DNA from: an uncultured Muribaculaceae bacterium
GTDB taxonomy: Bacteria > Bacillota_I > Bacilli_A > RF39 > UBA660
DNA length: 60,786 nucleotides
Direction: 5' to 3'
Assembly: GCA_964636965.1 (NCBI GenBank)
Contig: CAZWST010000004.1
Location: 1 to 60,786, forward strand
This document shows positions 56,765 through 60,786 of the stretch, one piece after another. Made by a program: the position numbers and the translations under genes. The stretch's first letter is position 1. Each line of letters opens with the position of its first letter. The notes under the pieces were generated by a model. The model was not told the DNA's origin. It saw nothing but the letters and a program-made list of their open reading frames with translations, and did no database searches.

Positions 56765-57805
56765 CTATTGTCCATCTACTTTACTAATGTTATCATCGTT
56801 TGCAAAAAAGTATTCTTGACTTTTTGCTTTAAGAGATAAATCTGAAAAATTCTTCATTTTAAATTGTGGATATGCTGCACAAGCAATCATTGTAGCATTG
56901 TCTGTACAGTACTTCATAGGCGGGATTGATAAATCAACATTCATCTCTTCACATAAGTTAGTCATCAATTCTCTAAGAGCCTTACTTGCACTTACACCAC
57001 CAGCTACTATAACTCTTTTTATATTATATCTTTCAATTGCTAATCTTGTCTTTCTAATTATTTGATCAAAAGCTACATTCTGAAAAGATGCTGCTAGATC
57101 ATATTTTCTAATTTCATTACCTCTTTGTTCTTCGTTATGTTTTAGATTGATAACTGCACTTTTTAAACCACTAAAAGAAAAATCTAATTCATCATTATCC
57201 ATTGGCTTCGGTAAATCGTATGTTGGTTTTCCTTCAAGTGCATATTTTTCAACATTAGGTCCACCTGGATATGGAAGTCCAAGTACTCTTGCAACTTTAT
57301 CAAATGATTCGCCAATTGCGTCATCTTTTGTTGTTCCTAATACTTTAAATTTATAATCATCTTCCATAAGTACAAGCTCTGTATGTCCACCACTAACAAC
57401 TAAGGCAAGTAAGGGAAACTCTAACTTTTTTACAAGATTATTTGCATAAATATGCCCTGCTATATGATGCGTTGCAATTAAAGGTTTATCATATACTAAT
57501 GAAAGGGTTTTAGCAAACTCCACACCAACAAGTAAACTTCCTAGTAACCCCGGTGCATATGTTACTGCAATGGCATCTACATCACTAACCTTCATATTAG
57601 CTTTAGTTAAAACGTCTTCTAAAACCATAGTAATATTTTCTGTATGCATACGTGATGCTATTTCTGGTACAACACCACCATATTTAGCATGAGTATCCAT
57701 TTGGGTAAGAACGGTTGTTGCAATTTCTTCACAACCATTTTTTACTATTGAGATACTTGTTTCATCACAGCTTGATTCAATACCTAATATATATACATCT
57801 TTCAT
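56765..57805 (-). CDS. tsaD: tRNA N6-adenosine threonylcarbamoyltransferase TsaD
   Basis: ILGIESSCDETS N-terminus, HHIAGHIYAN, and VVSGGHTELV. Confidence 0.9.
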   Translation of the reverse strand: MKDVYILGIESSCDETSISIVKNGCEEIATTVLTQMDTHAKYGGVVPEIASRMHTENITMVLEDVLTKANMKVSDVDAIAVTYAPGLLGSLLVGVEFAKTLSLVYDKPLIATHHIAGHIYANNLVKKLEFPLLALVVSGGHTELVLMEDDYKFKVLGTTKDDAIGESFDKVARVLGLPYPGGPNVEKYALEGKPTYDLPKPMDNDELDFSFSGLKSAVINLKHNEEQRGNEIRKYDLAASFQNVAFDQIIRKTRLAIERYNIKRVIVAGGVSASKALRELMTNLCEEMNVDLSIPPMKYCTDNATMIACAAYPQFKMKNFSDLSLKAKSQEYFFANDDNISKVDGQ

Positions 57806-58224
57806 ACTAATTTCCTTTCCATAATTATTGCATCATATTTATTTTCATAATATTTTTTTCTTCTATTTATTTCATTAAAACCATTTGCTTTATAAAAATT
57901 AATTGCATTAGTATTTATAACACTCACTTCTAACATAATTCTTTTTTGATTATAATTGTCTATTACATAGTTTAAAAGAGAAGTCGCAATTCCATTATTT
58001 TGAAACTCTTGACTTACAGCTATATTGATAATATCAGTTGTTTCAAAGTGTCTTTCTATTTCGACAAAACCTTTTATTGAATCTTTATCTTCAAAAGCCA
58101 ATATTTCAACGTAGTCAAGTTTTATTCTTTCTTCAAGTTTATTTTTTAAATCAAAATCAGAACTTATTAGATTTCCAATTGAGTTAATTGATTTTAAGTC
58201 TTGTAGATTAGCTTTCCTTATCAT
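57802..58224 (-). CDS. rimI: ribosomal-protein-alanine N-acetyltransferase RimI
   Basis: GNAT motif INIAVSQEFQNNGIATSLLNYVI. Located between tsaB and tsaD with ATGA overlap. Confidence 0.8.
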   Translation of the reverse strand: MIRKANLQDLKSINSIGNLISSDFDLKNKLEERIKLDYVEILAFEDKDSIKGFVEIERHFETTDIINIAVSQEFQNNGIATSLLNYVIDNYNQKRIMLEVSVINTNAINFYKANGFNEINRRKKYYENKYDAIIMERKLV

Positions 58225-58807
58225 TTTTTAACGCCTCTATTACTTTAATATATAAAGGTTTTACTTCATGTGCTTTAGTCTCATTAATATTATTAAATCT
58301 CTTATAAATATTTTCATAATTATATTCTGTTTCTTCTATTATTGAAGAAGAATCTATTTTTTCTCTTTCAATATACTCTGAAAATTCTCCATTAGATTTG
58401 TAAAATGGCCCTTCAATTAATTTGTTGTTTTCATCAAATACACTACAGAATACACCTTTAACATCTCTTATTATTGCGGCTTTTTTATTTCCTACCATTG
58501 AGCTTACAGCTAAACATTCTAAAGAAGTAATTGTTTTAATTGGTATATCTAAAGTATATGCTAATGTCTTAGCAATTGTAACACCTATTCTTACCCCAGT
58601 AAATGAACCAGGGCCATTACATACTAATATTTCATTTAAGTCTTGAAGTGAGATATTATTTCTTTTAATTAATTCATCTAACATGGGCATTGTGTAATCG
58701 GAATGATTTCTTTCTGATAATCTGATATTTTTATCTAATACTTTCCCATCTTGATATAACACTTCTATTATATTTTTATTATGTGTATCTAAAAATAATG
58801 AAATCAT
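58208..58807 (-). CDS. tsaB: tRNA threonylcarbamoyladenosine biosynthesis protein TsaB
   Basis: ILVCNGPGSFTGVRIGVTIAKTLAY motif, and operon context. Confidence 0.85.
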   Translation of the reverse strand: MISLFLDTHNKNIIEVLYQDGKVLDKNIRLSERNHSDYTMPMLDELIKRNNISLQDLNEILVCNGPGSFTGVRIGVTIAKTLAYTLDIPIKTITSLECLAVSSMVGNKKAAIIRDVKGVFCSVFDENNKLIEGPFYKSNGEFSEYIEREKIDSSSIIEETEYNYENIYKRFNNINETKAHEVKPLYIKVIEALKNDKES

Positions 58808-58821
58808 AATTTTCTCTCCTT

Positions 58822-59157
58822 TTAAATTAGTGGTTTATAATCTAATAATACTTGTAATATTATAGCAAGCAACAAGATTAAAGCTGGTTCAATATAACGC
58901 ATAAATATTTTTTGTTGTTTTAAGGATAATTCTTTTAAATGTAATAATCGTAATAGTTTATTAATATAAATTCCTAAAAAAACTGTATCTTTATTCTTAA
59001 ATTGTGCAACAGATAAAACACATGATCCGACAAGTATTAATTGAAGATAATACAGAATTAAAGCTATTAATATATACTTTATATCTAACCACAAAAAGCT
59101 AGTGGCAGCAAGTAGAGCAATTGTTAAATGTATAATAGTAAGAATCTTTTCCTTCAC
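58822..59157 (-). CDS. hypothetical small membrane protein (3-4 TM) inserted between tsaE and tsaB
   Basis: 111-aa hydrophobic ORF. No recognised motif. Confidence 0.45.
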   Translation of the reverse strand: MKEKILTIIHLTIALLAATSFLWLDIKYILIALILYYLQLILVGSCVLSVAQFKNKDTVFLGIYINKLLRLLHLKELSLKQQKIFMRYIEPALILLLAIILQVLLDYKPLI

Positions 59158-59225
59158 GATTAATCACCTAATCGTATTATACCACTAATAAATTCTTCTT
59201 GAATAAAAAAACACCAAAATGGTGT

Positions 59226-59678
59226 TTATAATACATAATTTACTAGATCTTCGTATTTTTGTCCATATGGTTTTAAGATTAACACTCTAGTATTTTCATC
59301 GATTACCTTAAACTCTATTTCTAATCTTTCATCGGGTAGCTTATCTTTTATTAATTCAGACCATTCAATAATAGTCACTGAACTACCACTAAAGTAATCA
59401 TTCAAAGCAATACTTGCATCAGTTTCTTCAAGACGATAAACATCCATATGATTTAGAGGCATTTCTCCACTGTCATATTCCTTTACTATGTTAAAAGTTG
59501 GACTTGTAATATTTTCATTTATTCCTAATGATTTTGCAAATCCTTTGACGAAAACGGTTTTTCCGCTTCCTAATTCTCCATCTAAACAGATCACCATTCC
59601 TGGGAATTTTTCAGACTCAATATTTTCTGCTAATTCCATTGTGTCAATTTCACTTCTAGATGTATATTTGTAATCCAT
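59226..59678 (-). CDS. tsaE: tRNA threonylcarbamoyladenosine biosynthesis ATPase TsaE
   Basis: Walker A GELGSGKT, SPTFNIVKEY and MDVYRL motifs. Start moved to ATG 59678 with an AAGGTGA RBS. Confidence 0.85.
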   Translation of the reverse strand: MDYKYTSRSEIDTMELAENIESEKFPGMVICLDGELGSGKTVFVKGFAKSLGINENITSPTFNIVKEYDSGEMPLNHMDVYRLEETDASIALNDYFSGSSVTIIEWSELIKDKLPDERLEIEFKVIDENTRVLILKPYGQKYEDLVNYVL

Positions 59679-59748
59679 TCTAATCACCTTAAATTTATTA
59701 TAACAATAATAAAATATGTATATCAATATAAAAGTAATATTTTAACTA

Positions 59749-60147
59749 TTATTTTACTACTGTAGGTATTAAATAACTAAATTGAGGTAAATTTCTTAAT
59801 ATTCCAAAGAAAATTGTTACTATTAGAATTGCAATATAAACTATATTATTTAACTTTATCTTTCTTGTTGATAACTTATAAGTTATTAACTTTATTATTT
59901 GATATATAATTGTTAATAACAATAAAACAAACAAAAAAGGATTAAATCTAAATGCTTGATAAAAATTTAATTTAAATATACTTGCTATCATTCTTGAAAT
60001 CCCACAACCTGGGCAATATAAACCTGTAATCTTGTGAAAAATGCACGGAATAAAACTATCAAACATTACATAATGGCCAATATCTATCAATAAAAAAAGT
60101 ACAATAGTAATAATTAATGATTTATCAATCTTTTTCATATTTAACAC
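59749..60147 (-). CDS. DUF2752-like membrane protein
   Basis: CPGCGISR motif after the first TM, and a 132-aa polytopic ORF. Confidence 0.6.
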   Translation of the reverse strand: MLNMKKIDKSLIITIVLFLLIDIGHYVMFDSFIPCIFHKITGLYCPGCGISRMIASIFKLNFYQAFRFNPFLFVLLLLTIIYQIIKLITYKLSTRKIKLNNIVYIAILIVTIFFGILRNLPQFSYLIPTVVK

Positions 60148-60251
60148 CTGTTTTGATTATACCATCTTTAGATATTATTTTAAACATCAATAATATTGTA
60201 TTACAATAATTTTTTTATATTTAGCATAAAAAAAACATGTTTTCACATGTT

Positions 60252-60608
60252 TTAATTAGCTTGTTCAGTAGCATACTTGTTTAAATCAGCTTGAACTAAA
60301 ATATAATTAACAATGCTTAAACCGAAAAGCGATAAAATAAGATATAAAATAGCATTTGAGCTTCCGTTAACACCTTTTCTTTGGTTAGCTTCTTCCATTA
60401 GCTTACCATTTTGATACCAATAATAGAAGCCATAGATTCCGCAAGTAATTAAAGTTAATAAAATTACTACAACTCCATTTCTCTTTGTTGGATTCTCAGA
60501 TACATTATCAACATCATCAGTAATTGTAACCCACCAATATAATTGATAGATTCCACATGTAATAATTGATAATAAAATGCTAACAACGATATTTCTTTCT
60601 TTTATCAT
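60252..60608 (-). CDS. DUF4234-like membrane protein
   Basis: Duplicated TM hairpins carrying CGIYQLYWW and CGIYGFYYW motifs. Confidence 0.6.
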   Translation of the reverse strand: MIKERNIVVSILLSIITCGIYQLYWWVTITDDVDNVSENPTKRNGVVVILLTLITCGIYGFYYWYQNGKLMEEANQRKGVNGSSNAILYLILSLFGLSIVNYILVQADLNKYATEQAN

Positions 60609-60639
60609 ATAAACTTCCTTTCTGTAAGTATTATACCAT

Positions 60640-60674
60640 AAAAAAAGAAATAAGAATCAGTAAAATGATTCTTA
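60640..60674 (-). terminator. rho-independent terminator downstream of the 5S rRNA
   Basis: 9-bp stem TAAGAATCA/TGATTCTTA with a 6-nt loop, followed on the minus strand by a U-rich run. Confidence 0.6.
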
Positions 60675-60698
60675 TATATATTTTTACATAAAAAAAAG

Positions 60699-60786
60699 TT
60701 TGCAACTTCCTATTTTAGCTTATCACTATCGTCGGCGTTTTGGTGCTTAACTTCTCTGTTCGGTATGGGAAGAGGTGTCTCCACCA
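60699..60786 (-). rRNA. rrf: 5S ribosomal RNA, 3' ~88 nt (5' end outside the window)
   Basis: The reverse complement contains CTTCCCATACCGAACAGAGAAGTTAAGCACC...GCCGACGATAGTG...ATAGGAAGTTGC, which matches the universal 5S loop B/C and helix IV/V pattern. Confidence 0.85.

Noticed and set aside
2095-59673. About 35 short track ORFs (60-115 aa) lying antisense or out of frame inside longer genes. Examples are 2095-2322, 3045-3311, 4283-4516, 5608-5793, 8804-9022, 11731-11973, 14249-14551, 15850-16143, 17743-17970, 21570-21791, 25107-25385, 25498-25845, 31940-32221, 33857-34141, 39194-39412, 40530-40745, 42893-43111, 46551-46787, 48814-49035, 50900-51094, 52859-53071, 54714-54944, 57147-57356, 58422-58646 and 59488-59673.
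   Set aside because: They are shadow ORFs typical of AT-rich genomes. They are fully nested in longer ORFs that have recognisable domains or RBSs, have Leu/Phe/Ser/Ile-biased compositions, and lack RBSs.

Overview
This is a very AT-rich Bacillota-type chromosome segment. It uses the standard code 11: TGA acts as a stop in several ATGA gene junctions, and the tRNA-Trp has a CCA anticodon. Synteny resembles the B. subtilis yut/yun region and there are several sporulation-type genes, so it probably comes from a spore-former lineage such as Erysipelotrichia or Clostridia. The organism was not determined. The window is bounded on the left by tRNA-fMet (partial) and tRNA-Ser, and on the right by the 3' part of a 5S rRNA, all on the minus strand.

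The backbone includes:
- an S1-domain protein, NifU-like, YutD-like and YunB-like proteins;
- a ferredoxin, a GNAT, TrmL, a CDF transporter, an ABC-F ATPase and a CpXC protein;
- a GH25 lysozyme, LemA plus DUF2207, and CHAP, NlpC/P60, SLT and SleB-type wall hydrolases;
- an HD hydrolase, DUF3810, phosphoketolase, and a tsaE-tsaB-rimI-tsaD operon.

Four accessory or unusual regions stand out:
1. A tightly coupled seven-gene operon (15013-20544) encodes only soluble proteins. I recognise just one of them, a minimal stand-alone FtsK/SpoIIIE motor domain.
2. Two paralogous cassettes (20727-25381 and 34455-39471) each encode a membrane-tethered XRE regulator, an ABC ATPase, two different FtsX-type permeases and a small secreted protein.
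3. The second cassette sits on an ~8.5 kb island integrated into tRNA-Trp. The island is bounded by exact 45-bp direct repeats and carries a truncated VirD4/TraG gene abutting a tyrosine-integrase C-terminal fragment, which marks it as a decayed ICE/IME.
4. An operon (29873-33297) encodes an aminotransferase-GNAT fusion, an unknown helical protein and a small radical-SAM/SPASM enzyme.

No CRISPR array, intact prophage or IS element was seen. All family names come from motif recognition by eye. No database search was run.
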